From the NCBI GenBank assembly GCA_038883435.1, contig JAVZMD010000003.1:1-35788 (forward strand): DNA of 35,788 nt, read 5' to 3'. Shown here in pieces: positions 1 through 9,472 of the stretch (its first letter is position 1; every line of letters starts with the position of its first letter). The position numbers and the translations under genes are program-made. This stretch comes from Thermoproteota archaeon. GTDB taxonomy: Archaea; Thermoproteota; EX4484-205; JAAOZP01. The notes below the pieces were generated by a model, which was not told where the DNA came from, searched no databases, and saw only the letters and a program-made list of their open reading frames with translations.

Positions 1-1353
1 GTTGAAAACAAGTGTTGATATTCCTCCAGGGCCTATCTCGTCATCGGGCAATGCTGAGGGACGAGTTCTATTGAATCCAATACTCACTATTTTCTGAGGG
101 GTATTCCTTAAGCATTCTAATGCATCTTCTAAAAGCCTAGTGAATCGTTCATAATCGGGGTCTGATATTTCCCAGCTCGAGGAATCTATAGAGTTATGAG
201 CATCGGCAATTATAATCGGGATGAAACCATAGCGGCTTATGAAACTTGAGATTTTAGGCAACCACTCAGGTGGAAGGTCTTCCACTGAATATCCTGGGCA
301 AGATAGTAAAACAATACAGTAAGAACATATGGAAATAACAGTAACACAGTATCCTTCAGCCTCCTCTTGGACTATGCTCGCACGACATTCTTCTAATTGT
401 TTTGCAGAACTCAATGCATCTAACATTTTCATCTTAAGCCTCTCAACTTCTCTCCACGAGGGAAGATTAAGGCTGTGGTTTGAAAGATTACGTAGCAGTA
501 ATGCTTTAAGATTTGATTTTTCAAACGTGTCTATTAGACGACTGGGTAATGGGCTACTGCCGATTGTACCGAAAGGCCCGAAGTGGGCTGATAAGCCAAA
601 TATGGACAAGTTGACCTGGTCCCGGGTGTTTAAGAGTAACAAGGATAACTCTAAATCCTTCTTTTCACTAATCTCCTCTAGGATTCTTTCAAAAGATTGG
701 GGATTATTATCAAGATAATACTCTAAATACGCATGGAATATGTCTAAGGGCCTTACTGGAATATCTCTCTTAAACCTAATGTTTGCAATAAGTAAGAAGA
801 GTATGTTTGCAGTGAAAGATATTGCAATCGGCAATATCATTGTGATCCATGTTTTAATCACAATTAGGCTTAATACGAACCAGCGTGATGATTGCAGAAA
901 TACGTGAGTAAAAGATATTGCTAAGACTTTAGCCAAATTCCTCCTTAAGAAACCCAATATTACGAGTATTGAGATGAAGGAAGACAAGGCTACACCTAAT
1001 GATATCAAAAAGAATATTGGAAGACAAGACTCTTGATGAAGAAGGGAAGAGGTTAATAATCCTATGGTAATTAGAATCGTATAAATCGTTTCTTGGATGG
1101 ATTGGAGTGCTAAGAGCCTTCTGAAAGTTAAAATCTCATCCTTACGGATGAAAGCTTTGTAGACAATTAATGAGTATGGAATGGGTGAAAACACTAGGAT
1201 TAAGACGTAGGGCATTATCCTAAGAATAGGGCAGGCGGCTAATAGAAATATTGAAATAGTTATTTCAAGTAGTAGGTTTATAAAAACTATTACATGTAAG
1301 GATGGGAATGAGAAGAGAAACTTAGCATAACGAGATGAATCTCTAGAGGACAA
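1..1353 (-). CDS. DUF2070 family membrane protein (COG3356-like), 3'-truncated by the window edge
   Basis: Not in the ORF track. Manual translation gives an open frame from TTG 1353 to base 1: MSSRDSSRYAKFLFSFPSL, a multi-TM N-terminal half, then AHFGPFGTIGSSPLP, HSLNLPS, EDLP, IADAHNS and EIGPGGI, matching the DUF2070 HPGPF.xxGSS / DAHN / IGxxGI pattern. Starts 4 nt after the Sec61beta stop. Confidence 0.85.
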   Translation of the reverse strand, partial: MSSRDSSRYAKFLFSFPSLHVIVFINLLLEITISIFLLAACPILRIMPYVLILVFSPIPYSLIVYKAFIRKDEILTFRRLLALQSIQETIYTILITIGLLTSSLLHQESCLPIFFLISLGVALSSFISILVILGFLRRNLAKVLAISFTHVFLQSSRWFVLSLIVIKTWITMILPIAISFTANILFLLIANIRFKRDIPVRPLDIFHAYLEYYLDNNPQSFERILEEISEKKDLELSLLLLNTRDQVNLSIFGLSAHFGPFGTIGSSPLPSRLIDTFEKSNLKALLLRNLSNHSLNLPSWREVERLKMKMLDALSSAKQLEECRASIVQEEAEGYCVTVISICSYCIVLLSCPGYSVEDLPPEWLPKISSFISRYGFIPIIIADAHNSIDSSSWEISDPDYERFTRLLEDALECLRNTPQKIVSIGFNRTRPSALPDDEIGPGGISTLVFN

Positions 1354-1357
1354 TCCC

Positions 1358-1543
1358 TTATATTCCCAATACCAGCAGCAATATACTGAATATTATGAAG
1401 ATAGACGAGGCGATTAAGATTACTATAGGCTTGATCTGAAAACCCTTTCCTTTTTCACCAAGAGTACTGAATAAGCCTGCAGTACCCGCAGGAAGACGAG
1501 GAGACCTCCGTCCTCCTTTTTTCTTTGAGCGTTCCTCAGACAT
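1358..1543 (-). CDS. secG: Preprotein translocase subunit Sec61beta
   Basis: 61 aa with a basic N-terminus, AGL motif, IKP and a single C-terminal TM helix, typical of archaeal Sec61beta. Confidence 0.85.
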   Translation of the reverse strand: MSEERSKKKGGRRSPRLPAGTAGLFSTLGEKGKGFQIKPIVILIASSIFIIFSILLLVLGI

Positions 1544-1568
1544 TTAAAACCGTATTTTCCATCATGGG

Positions 1569-1600
1569 TAAATAAACCTTGTGGATAAAAGGATTAAAAA
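1569..1600. promoter_or_regulatory. Back-to-back BRE/TATA-like elements for Sec61beta (-) and DP1 (+)
   Basis: Minus strand AAGGTTTATTTA (1580-1569) lies about 25 nt before ATG 1543. Plus strand AAAAGGATTAAAAA (1587-1600) lies about 22 nt before in-frame TTG 1623. Confidence 0.55.
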
Positions 1601-3098
1601 CTCTAGCTTTCAATTACTAACGTTGAACCAAGACGAGGGGGCTGTTAAAAGGAAAATATTAGCTGAGGCAACACGTTTGGGAGTGCTTCTTAACCCTGAA
1701 GCGCTTTCAATGTTAGTCGAAAACTACGATGAGAAGTCTCTACAATCGGTTTTAAGTAAACTGGCTGAAGAAGCTAAGAAGAGAAACGGCATTGTTGTCT
1801 CAAAGGAGGCTGTTGCAAGCGTTATTGGAAGCTCTGGGGAGGTATCAACAGGTGTTCATACTCAATTATTAGCTAAAGATGTTGAGGAGAAGATTGAGAT
1901 TTTAAAGTCATACGAAGCTAAGCAGGTTTCTGATGATCTTGAAGCTAGAAGACAGTATTTCGTCGATAGGTATTCTAAGGTTTCTTCAATACTTAGAAGT
2001 CGAGCGGACATGTCTCCCTATTACCCTTTGAGGAAAGCATGCAGCCTACCGGATCGGTCGGAGGGTAAGACCATAGCCATAGTATACGAGAAACGTGAAA
2101 ACTATATTATAGCGGAGGATATGGATTTCATGACTAAGATATTCATTCCAAGAGATTGCGATAAGGACTTGAAGGAGAAGATCGGTAGGCTTTTACCTGA
2201 TTCCGTGGTAGGAGTATCCTTCTACGTTTCCAACTCTCGGCTTTTCTGCCGGTCTCTGATCTTTCCAGATGTACCCATAAAAAGGTTTAGGACTGCTGAG
2301 GAAGATGTTTCAGTTCTCCTGACTTCAGACATTCATTACGGGAGCCAGAAGTTCTCTGAGAAAGCCTTTATGAGAATGGTAAAATGGTTGAGAGATGGCG
2401 GCGTGACTGAAAGGGAGCAGGAAATGTCCTCTAGAATAAAATACATAATCATAGCGGGGGACCTCGTAGATGGTGTTGGAATCTACCCTCAGCAGGAGAA
2501 AGAATTACAGGTAAGAGATTTAGAGAAACAATACGTTGGGCTTTCAAATCTTTTGAGTCAGATACCTGAGCACATTAAGATCGTAATAATACCTGGCAAT
2601 CACGATGCTGCTCCCCGCGCTATCCCGCAGCCTCCAATATTCGATGAATATGCCGAAAAACTGAAGGACAGGGGAAACATAATCTCCCTAAGCAATCCCT
2701 GTATGGTTTCATTTCACGGTGTTAAATTCCTCGTCTACCATGGTACAAGTATGGAAGACATCGCAACATTTGCAAAGAACGCGAGCTACGATAAGCCTGA
2801 GAACGCTATGGAGGTCATGCTTCAACTCAGACACCTGGCGCCAGTATATGGTTCTAGGACTCCAATACTTGCACATGGTCAAGATGAACTTGTAATAGAA
2901 GAAGTCCCAGATGTTTTCCATACCGGTCATGTACATGTTTTCAGAAACGGGGTCTATAGGGAGATAAAGTTGATTAACAGTGGGACATGGCAGGAGAGAA
3001 CCAAATATCAAGAGCAGCTTGGTATAATGCCCACTCCTAATATTGCTGCAGTGCTTTCACTTAAGAATGGCTCTGTTTCACAAATAAGATTTGCCTAG
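1581..3098 (+). CDS. polD1: DNA polymerase D small (proofreading exonuclease) subunit DP1; likely start TTG 1623
   Basis: YFVDRY motif, OB-fold region, and intact calcineurin-like phosphoesterase motifs SDIHYGS, AGDLVDGVGIYP.Q, PGNHD, YHG, RHLAP.YG, HTGHVH, NSGTWQ. Confidence 0.96.
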   Translation: MDKRIKNSSFQLLTLNQDEGAVKRKILAEATRLGVLLNPEALSMLVENYDEKSLQSVLSKLAEEAKKRNGIVVSKEAVASVIGSSGEVSTGVHTQLLAKDVEEKIEILKSYEAKQVSDDLEARRQYFVDRYSKVSSILRSRADMSPYYPLRKACSLPDRSEGKTIAIVYEKRENYIIAEDMDFMTKIFIPRDCDKDLKEKIGRLLPDSVVGVSFYVSNSRLFCRSLIFPDVPIKRFRTAEEDVSVLLTSDIHYGSQKFSEKAFMRMVKWLRDGGVTEREQEMSSRIKYIIIAGDLVDGVGIYPQQEKELQVRDLEKQYVGLSNLLSQIPEHIKIVIIPGNHDAAPRAIPQPPIFDEYAEKLKDRGNIISLSNPCMVSFHGVKFLVYHGTSMEDIATFAKNASYDKPENAMEVMLQLRHLAPVYGSRTPILAHGQDELVIEEVPDVFHTGHVHVFRNGVYREIKLINSGTWQERTKYQEQLGIMPTPNIAAVLSLKNGSVSQIRFA

Positions 3099-3100
3099 TC

Positions 3101-3835
3101 CTACTCCAATCCCAGGAAGAGCTTAAGGTAAACAATGATTAACACGAGTATTACTGATACCAAGCATAGAAAATAATCCCCCTTCTTAAACTTCAAGGGT
3201 TTATAGCTTGTCCTCCTTGACGAGGCGCCGAAGGCCCTAGCCTCCATCGCATCAGCTATCTCGTAAGTCCTCCTTATGGTTCCGACGAGTAGAGGTATGA
3301 GTATTGGCATGAGGTTTCTTATTCTTGTTCTAAACCCTCCCTTCTCAAGCTCTAATCCACGTGAGCGTTGTGCATCGTATATTGACTGAAACTCATCGTA
3401 GATAACAGGTATGAAGCGAATAGCCATCACAAAGGAAAACGTTAACTCTATTGGGAGCCGTGCTGAGCTCATAGCTCTTCCAATATCTTCAGGGGTTGAA
3501 GATAGGAAAAACCATGACATGGATGATGATAATACAACGAGCCTTATGGAAAGAGCAATGCCTGTGAAAATAGTTCCGCCGAAAAACAGCTGCGTGGCGA
3601 ATATTATCAAGAAGAAGAATATTAGTCCTCTTAACGAGTATACCCATTCCTTAAAGGCCTTGGCTGACCATAGTAGTAAAAGTTGCAATACCAGAACTGC
3701 AAGCAATACTCGAATATCTATAAATACTATTGAGAAGGACATTAACACTATTGAGAGCAGAAACTTTGACCTAGGGTCTAACCTATGGATAGGGGAATCC
3801 TTCCTCCTATATTGGAATGCTTTTAAGAATGACAT
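3101..3835 (-). CDS. ecfT: ECF transporter transmembrane component T
   Basis: SPIHRLDPRSK, RFIP, AQRSRG and AMEARAF coupling-helix motifs; adjacent to two ECF ATPases. Confidence 0.95.
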   Translation of the reverse strand: MSFLKAFQYRRKDSPIHRLDPRSKFLLSIVLMSFSIVFIDIRVLLAVLVLQLLLLWSAKAFKEWVYSLRGLIFFFLIIFATQLFFGGTIFTGIALSIRLVVLSSSMSWFFLSSTPEDIGRAMSSARLPIELTFSFVMAIRFIPVIYDEFQSIYDAQRSRGLELEKGGFRTRIRNLMPILIPLLVGTIRRTYEIADAMEARAFGASSRRTSYKPLKFKKGDYFLCLVSVILVLIIVYLKLFLGLE

Positions 3836-4647
3836 CTGCGAAACACCCTTATTAGAGACTCACTTATACTATCGAAATCTTCATCAATCTCTGAAAAACC
3901 AGTTTCTTCTTCAAGTTCGATGAGAAAAGGCTTTCTTAACGAGGCTTTTTCAACTACTTCTGAGTCTGAAAGAATCTTTCTTAAGCAGCCGTCTCCAATT
4001 ACCTCTCCTCCACTTAAGACTATTGCCCTTTTACATAGGCTTGCAGCGAAATCTACATCGTGAGTTATGACGATAATGCTCCTCTCTTCTGAAACCAGGT
4101 TTTTAAGGACATTTTGAATATTTAATCTTTGGGCATAATCCATACCTATCGTGGGCTCGTCTAGGATCAGTAGCTCTGGACGCCAAACGATTATCGACGC
4201 TATGGCCAGCCTCTTCTTCTCACCGCCGCTCAGTTGAAAAGGGCTCTTATGTCTATACTCCTCTAAACCAAAAGTTTTCAAAATTTCCAAAAGGCTTTTC
4301 TCAGCCTCATTCTCTGGAAAGCCGAAGTTCTTCAGGCCGAATCTAATCTCTTCCTCAACAGTTTCTGCAAAAAACTGGTGGTCGGGGTTGTGACATACAA
4401 AGCCTATTTTCCTGGCTATCTTCGCAACAGAAAGGTTCCTAGTGTCTACACCATCTACTTTAACACTCCCTTTAGTAGGCTTAAGCAAGCCATTGAGGTT
4501 CTTAGCCAGCGTAGTCTTACCTGCACCGTTTTCTCCAAGTATTGCTATGCTCTCCCCCCCTTCGATGGTTAGGTTGATATTTTTCAAAGCGTATTTCTCA
4601 GAATCCGGATACTTGAAGAAGAGGCTTTCAACGGCTATTTCAACCAT
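3823..4647 (-). CDS. ecfA2: ECF transporter ATPase A'
   Basis: Walker A GENGAGKT, signature LSGGEKKR, Walker B LILDEPT, ITHD switch. Confidence 0.93.
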   Translation of the reverse strand: MVEIAVESLFFKYPDSEKYALKNINLTIEGGESIAILGENGAGKTTLAKNLNGLLKPTKGSVKVDGVDTRNLSVAKIARKIGFVCHNPDHQFFAETVEEEIRFGLKNFGFPENEAEKSLLEILKTFGLEEYRHKSPFQLSGGEKKRLAIASIIVWRPELLILDEPTIGMDYAQRLNIQNVLKNLVSEERSIIVITHDVDFAASLCKRAIVLSGGEVIGDGCLRKILSDSEVVEKASLRKPFLIELEEETGFSEIDEDFDSISESLIRVFRRCHS

Positions 4648-4654
4648 GCCTCCT

Positions 4655-5506
4655 TTATCCCCCCTCCCTTAAGTATGAGAAAAGCTCCTTAAGGTTCTTA
4701 GGAGGCTTTTCCAAGCCGCATCTATCTTTAATCCTGAAATATATCTGGAGAATTGGAGGAATGTTTATCGGGATTCTCTTTTTAAAGCTCTCGTAAAGAA
4801 CAGTTAGCGGTTCCCCGTCAAGGACTATTCTCCCATCTGATATGACAATAATCCTTGAAACATGGTCGAGGAGCAGGCCAATCCTATGCTCTATGACTAT
4901 TAAAGTTATCCTCCTGCCTCTCTCCTCCAGATTCTCCTTCAGTCGAAAGATACTTTGAATCAGACTTATAGAGGAAGAAGGGTCGAGCATTGAAGTAGGC
5001 TCATCGAAAACTATGAGAGAGGGATGCATGGAAAGTATGGATGCAATAGCTGCCTTCTGCTGTTCTCCTCCGGAAAGACTATTCGGAGAGGAATGTCTAA
5101 GATGCTCTATTCCGACGAGTCTAAGAGACTCGTCTATCCTCCGACGTATCTCGTCTGGAGGTAGAGCCAGGTTCTCTGGGCCAAATGCTACATCATCCTC
5201 CACGCTGAACGTGAAAAGTTGATTCTCGGGGTTCTGGAATACTATTCCACATTTTGTGGCAATGCTGCTCACAGGGTTTTCCAAGATGTTCATTCCGAAT
5301 ACATATGCTTCACCACTGAGCTCTCCAGCGTAACTATGAGGTATTAACCCCAATATGATCTTGGCTATAGTAGACTTTCCACAGCCTGAGGGGCCGGTTA
5401 TGAGTATACTTTCTCCCTCTTCAATCTTAAGATTAATATTTGATAGGGCTTCCCTCTCAGACCCTGCATACCGGAAGCTTACGTTTCTAAGGTCTACTAC
5501 GTTCAT
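4655..5506 (-). CDS. ecfA1: ECF transporter ATPase A
   Basis: GPSGCGKS, VFQNPENQ, AFGPENL, LSGGEQQ, VFDEPT, IEHR. Confidence 0.93.
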   Translation of the reverse strand: MNVVDLRNVSFRYAGSEREALSNINLKIEEGESILITGPSGCGKSTIAKIILGLIPHSYAGELSGEAYVFGMNILENPVSSIATKCGIVFQNPENQLFTFSVEDDVAFGPENLALPPDEIRRRIDESLRLVGIEHLRHSSPNSLSGGEQQKAAIASILSMHPSLIVFDEPTSMLDPSSSISLIQSIFRLKENLEERGRRITLIVIEHRIGLLLDHVSRIIVISDGRIVLDGEPLTVLYESFKKRIPINIPPILQIYFRIKDRCGLEKPPKNLKELFSYLREGG

Positions 5507-5565
5507 TCCCAGTTTTGCCTGAGGATGGAGAACGGTTTTAAAAAGTCTTTAGACGCTAAATATTT

Positions 5566-5931
5566 TCACGCAGGAATATTCCCACTGCCTGTTGACAATG
5601 CTGTCTTCAACTCGTTTTCAAGTTCACTAACCCTCTCTTTAATCTTGCTTTCCTGCCTTTCTATTGCGCTTATCCTGACTTTAATAAGCTCTTTCTGCTC
5701 GTTTAATTCGTTTATCAGATCCGCCTTATTTTTCCTGATGAGAATCCTACCTGTTATCCTATATACCGGAGTGTTTTCATCGATAGATGACAGCTCCTGG
5801 AGAGCGGATTCAAGCTCCCTAGCCTCCAGCTTAGCCTGTTCCTTCTGAATATAGAGAGATTCCAGGGTCTGTTGGAGTTGCTGAAGCCTAGACAGTTTCT
5901 CCTGTAGCTGAAGAGGAAGCTCCTGGGACAT
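5566..5931 (-). CDS. pfdB: Prefoldin beta subunit (ORF track starts at 5949; ATG 5931 preferred)
   Basis: Coiled coils flanking a VYRITGRILI hairpin; GGAG upstream of ATG 5931; usual position at the end of the exosome superoperon. Confidence 0.95.
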   Translation of the reverse strand: MSQELPLQLQEKLSRLQQLQQTLESLYIQKEQAKLEARELESALQELSSIDENTPVYRITGRILIRKNKADLINELNEQKELIKVRISAIERQESKIKERVSELENELKTALSTGSGNIPA

Positions 5932-5992
5932 TGCTCCTAATTCTCTCATAGGGTACTTAAAAACCTATTTCTCATACAAGCTGTAGCTAGAC

Positions 5993-6232
5993 TTAGTTTT
6001 CTAGTAGGGAGATTGCCTGATCCACCATGTTAATCAGACCCAGAATATTCCTAAGCTTCTCCGCCACCTTGGAAGGCTTACTGCCCTTGAGAAGTAATAG
6101 TAGCCTATTGCTAACAACTTTCGCTCTAACTCTGCTATTGGGTTCTGTAACTGTGTCTCGTAGGCAGGACTCGTAGATAAGATTGGGTCTCCGCTCGTCT
6201 TCATACTTTAAAACCAGCTTAATTCTTATCAA
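5993..6232 (-). CDS. pcc1: KEOPS complex subunit Pcc1-like protein (likely start TTG 6232)
   Basis: 79 aa, IKLVLKYEDE..NLIYES..D pattern and C-terminal LRNILGLI helix; lies between rpl37ae and pfdB. Sequence is divergent, so the call leans on synteny. Confidence 0.65.
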   Translation of the reverse strand: MIRIKLVLKYEDERRPNLIYESCLRDTVTEPNSRVRAKVVSNRLLLLLKGSKPSKVAEKLRNILGLINMVDQAISLLEN

Positions 6233-6233
6233 C

Positions 6234-6497
6234 CTATGGCCCAGACTTAATACCAGCAGCCCTCGCAGCCGCCTCACCTATTTTGGTGGAGGGCTCGTAA
6301 GCTCCCCCGGCAAATGTGTAATCGCATTTCCTACAGCTCCAGACCCCCACGCTGAGCCTTTTTAAAACACCTGTCCCGCACCTGGGGCAGTTGTAAACAG
6401 CCCGTCTTCTCTTTAAAACCTGCATATACCTCTCTCTTATTGAGAATCCGTATTTTACGCCCAGTGCCCCGGAAAGCTTCTTCCTAGCCATTTCCAC
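6234..6497 (-). CDS. rpl37ae: 50S ribosomal protein L37Ae (eL43)
   Basis: CPRCG...KRLSVGVWSCRKCDYTFAGGAYEP zinc ribbon. Confidence 0.96.
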   Translation of the reverse strand: MEMARKKLSGALGVKYGFSIRERYMQVLKRRRAVYNCPRCGTGVLKRLSVGVWSCRKCDYTFAGGAYEPSTKIGEAAARAAGIKSGP

Positions 6498-7308
6498 CGA
6501 GCCTGCTGTACGCGACTCTTCTTAACTCTTTCCCTAAGGTTATCGACTTGTCTAAAAGCTCTAAGAAGCTCCTCGGCGAAATCATGCCTCCGCCATTCTT
6601 CTGTATTGCGCAAAACCTGTCGTCAGACTTGACTGTCATCGAGACTGTAAAGTCTGAAGCATATTCCTCGTTTAGACACGGGTCCACAACATACTTGTCG
6701 TTGAAGAATGCGTATGTTACTGATACAGGCAGGTCTTTAAGCTCAAGCTTAACATACTCGTCTAATTTCCTAATATTCTGCCCCTCAACACTATATTTTG
6801 GAAGCCTCGTTGTACCCAGGGCGTTTACGCTTGCTATGACTGAAGCATCTATAAGATTACCGTCGTAATCGAGAATGTAGAGGTCTACATAAAGCGAGTA
6901 AACAGACCTGCCGGGGATTATGCAGAGTGAAGAGAGGTCAACCGCCTTAGACTCCCTAATGCTTCTATCAACATACCTAGCGAGGAAAATAGACTCCTCC
7001 GAAGGCGGCCCTGGTTCAAAGACTGGTGAGGCCAAGGGAACGAGCTCCGCATTAACAATCAAAATCCCCTCGTTGGGAGTATCCGCAAATGGCAGTGCTA
7101 CCCCGACTTTGACTGCTGCAAGTATCTTAGTGTTCCCAAGCTCCACTAATGCAGACCCTTCTGCCTTCTCAATATAATTCAACTGCACGTTCAGATTCCT
7201 ATACTGGAGGAGTCCTCTTCCATCAGCCCTCTTACCCTCAGCCAGCAGACGGTAAAGCTCCTGTTTCTCAAGCTTCGAGACAACAGGTCTCTGCTCAGTT
7301 ATGGACAT
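6484..7308 (-). CDS. rrp42: Exosome complex component Rrp42
   Basis: RADGR...YR, AEGSALVELGNT, FEPGPP, ARYVDRSIRES, DYDGNLIDA; RNase PH fold; adjacent to rrp41. Confidence 0.96.
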   Translation of the reverse strand: MSITEQRPVVSKLEKQELYRLLAEGKRADGRGLLQYRNLNVQLNYIEKAEGSALVELGNTKILAAVKVGVALPFADTPNEGILIVNAELVPLASPVFEPGPPSEESIFLARYVDRSIRESKAVDLSSLCIIPGRSVYSLYVDLYILDYDGNLIDASVIASVNALGTTRLPKYSVEGQNIRKLDEYVKLELKDLPVSVTYAFFNDKYVVDPCLNEEYASDFTVSMTVKSDDRFCAIQKNGGGMISPRSFLELLDKSITLGKELRRVAYSRLGGNG

Positions 7309-8036
7309 TAAACCTCCCTCCTCGAGACTGAAAACCTTTCCTTCAAAGCTTCAACCTGCATTTTATGTATCTTCTGCGTAGCAGTTATAGCTAGTGAAAG
7401 CGCCTGCTCAATCTCCTCTTTAGACATTATACCGTCCATCTGAAGTAGAGTAATCCCGTCGAGAGTTGGGTTGTAGGCAATCGGCATGTCTGCCTCCCCA
7501 TACTTGTCCTCGAGATCATTAAGGTCTACGATTACCTTCCCATCGGCCTTGCCTACGGCACAGGCTGCAGTTAAACCCCTTAGGGGTATTCCCGCGTCTG
7601 CAAGTGCTAATACTGCAGCCGTCAGACCAGCGCAACGAGTACCCCCGTCAGCCTGTAGGACTTCTATGAAAATATCTATTACCGTCCTGGGGAAGAGAGA
7701 GGTCATAACAAGAGGTTCAAGGGCATTTCTAATAACCATTGAAAGCTCTATTTCCCTCCTGCTGGGTGCAGGGCTCTTCCTCTCGGGCGTTGAAAAAGGA
7801 GCCATGTGGTATCGGCATCTCAATATGCATCTATCTGGCAGCGAGATGTGTTTTGGAAGAGCCTCCTTAGGGCCGTAGACTGCTGCCAGAATCTTATTCT
7901 TACCCTGCTCGATGTAGGCAGAGCCCTGGGCATTGGATAGTACTCCAACCTTAATCTTAATCGGCCTAAGCTCGTCAGGAGCCCTATTGTCAGTCCTCCT
8001 CCCGTCTTCTTTAAACAGGCTTATTTTCTCGCTCAT
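7308..8036 (-). CDS. rrp41: Exosome complex exonuclease Rrp41
   Basis: DELRPI, AVYGP, YHMAPFS.ERK, SRREIELS, ADGGTR, ED..GEADMP, LQMDG; active-site residues intact. Confidence 0.97.
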   Translation of the reverse strand: MSEKISLFKEDGRRTDNRAPDELRPIKIKVGVLSNAQGSAYIEQGKNKILAAVYGPKEALPKHISLPDRCILRCRYHMAPFSTPERKSPAPSRREIELSMVIRNALEPLVMTSLFPRTVIDIFIEVLQADGGTRCAGLTAAVLALADAGIPLRGLTAACAVGKADGKVIVDLNDLEDKYGEADMPIAYNPTLDGITLLQMDGIMSKEEIEQALSLAITATQKIHKMQVEALKERFSVSRREV

Positions 8037-8039
8037 GTT

Positions 8040-8738
8040 TTACAGCTTCCTTCCAGCCAGTAATGCTTCAACCCTCTCCGTCAACCCGTATATATGCGAT
8101 TCCCTCTCCACCATCCCTATAACCTCCCTAATTTTAGCGACAATATTACTGTCCTCAGTGTGTACTATTATGCGGCCGTTCTGCCCTACTGTAAGCTTAA
8201 CTCCCGTCGCCCGTTCTATAACAGATAGCATTGAGCCCTTTTTCCCTATTAGACGCGGCACTTTGGATGCGGTTATGTTGAGCAATGTCCCGCTTGAAAC
8301 TATTCCAAGCCCTTTCCCCTTCATTGTTATTACTGGGGAAGAGAATATTGACACGTCTTTTATAACCCCCGTTATAACGGTTCCTGTTTCTAAAATCCTT
8401 CCGATACTATCCCTCGATAGACGAATCCTCTTCTCAGAATACTCCGATAATGGAAGGAATGCAAGAAACGGGGAGTTTATATCTACAGTCCACCCTGCTA
8501 TATTGGGTTCTTTAACAATTCCAATCACAAGGTCTCCTATTCTAGGTTGATAGAAGGATTTTAAGGAAATAACGTCTAAGCGCTTACCGTCTACCCTAAC
8601 TATTCCAACAGTCGTTGCAAACATCCTCTCTGAGATCTTCAAAGTATTAGAACCCGGAATATAGAATCTGCTTTCCCCAACCGGCTCACCGGGTACAACT
8701 ATAGGCCTCTGCCTCTGCTGCTCATTACCTTGAGACAA
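8040..8738 (-). CDS. rrp4: Exosome RNA-binding cap protein Rrp4
   Basis: VVPGE, Y.P.IGDLVIG S1 domain, KVPRLIGKKGSM KH domain, VGQNGRI. Confidence 0.95.
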   Translation of the reverse strand: MSQGNEQQRQRPIVVPGEPVGESRFYIPGSNTLKISERMFATTVGIVRVDGKRLDVISLKSFYQPRIGDLVIGIVKEPNIAGWTVDINSPFLAFLPLSEYSEKRIRLSRDSIGRILETGTVITGVIKDVSIFSSPVITMKGKGLGIVSSGTLLNITASKVPRLIGKKGSMLSVIERATGVKLTVGQNGRIIVHTEDSNIVAKIREVIGMVERESHIYGLTERVEALLAGRKL

Positions 8739-8780
8739 TCCTAAACCTCCTCAAACAACTCTAGCTTGTTAAGCCTGTCC

Positions 8781-9470
8781 CTACGCCCCTATATCAACTT
8801 TTACCCTCTCACCGTATTTCTCATTAACCTTCTCTAGGAAATAAGACATGAGTATGGATGGGATTCTTGCCGATATTTTCACACTCTTATCTTTCTGAGT
8901 CCTGGTTTGATCTACTTCACCAAACGAGTTTACAAAACCATATACATCATTGGACTCCTCTTGTTGGCACGTCAATGTTAATGAAATATCGTTAATCTTA
9001 AACTGGAGTATTTGCCTCAACGCTTTAGCAACGTTCTTAAACTGCTCCTCAGGAGGCTTAAAAGGGTCTATTGAAACACCTACTTGACTAAGGGCTTGTT
9101 CAATCCTAAGCGATGGTATCGGGTTCCCCAAGGAGGGGTCGATAAGGCTTTTGGAGAGCATCGCTATTATCTGTTGTTTCTTGCTTTCAATCATCCTACG
9201 CCTCTGCTCAGTGGTAAGTTGAAGCTCACCCTCCAAGAGGATTTTCTCAGCTATTTTGAAGACATCAGTCGTCCCGAAGAATTTCTTCAACTTCTCAGAA
9301 GAAACCCGAAGCCCCTTCTTAGAATCGGAGTAAACCTCGTCCACTAGGAGTATCTTCCTCATATCCCCCTTACCTGTGAGCTTAAAGTTCAAAGCAGGGT
9401 CAGGTGCTACGATTATTTCAAACTTTTCACCACGTATCGAGAGCCTGCTTATGGTGGACGGTCTACTCAA
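8781..9470 (-). CDS. sdo1: Ribosome maturation protein SBDS/Sdo1
   Basis: GEKFEI, DSKKG, FGTTD, GELQLTTEQRR, IDP...P.P.RIEQAL, IDPFK. Confidence 0.95.
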   Translation of the reverse strand: MSRPSTISRLSIRGEKFEIIVAPDPALNFKLTGKGDMRKILLVDEVYSDSKKGLRVSSEKLKKFFGTTDVFKIAEKILLEGELQLTTEQRRRMIESKKQQIIAMLSKSLIDPSLGNPIPSLRIEQALSQVGVSIDPFKPPEEQFKNVAKALRQILQFKINDISLTLTCQQEESNDVYGFVNSFGEVDQTRTQKDKSVKISARIPSILMSYFLEKVNEKYGERVKVDIGA

Positions 9471-9472
9471 TC

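Noticed and set aside
329-718. 129-aa plus-strand ORF
   Set aside because: Antisense shadow of the DUF2070 gene; no recognisable motifs.
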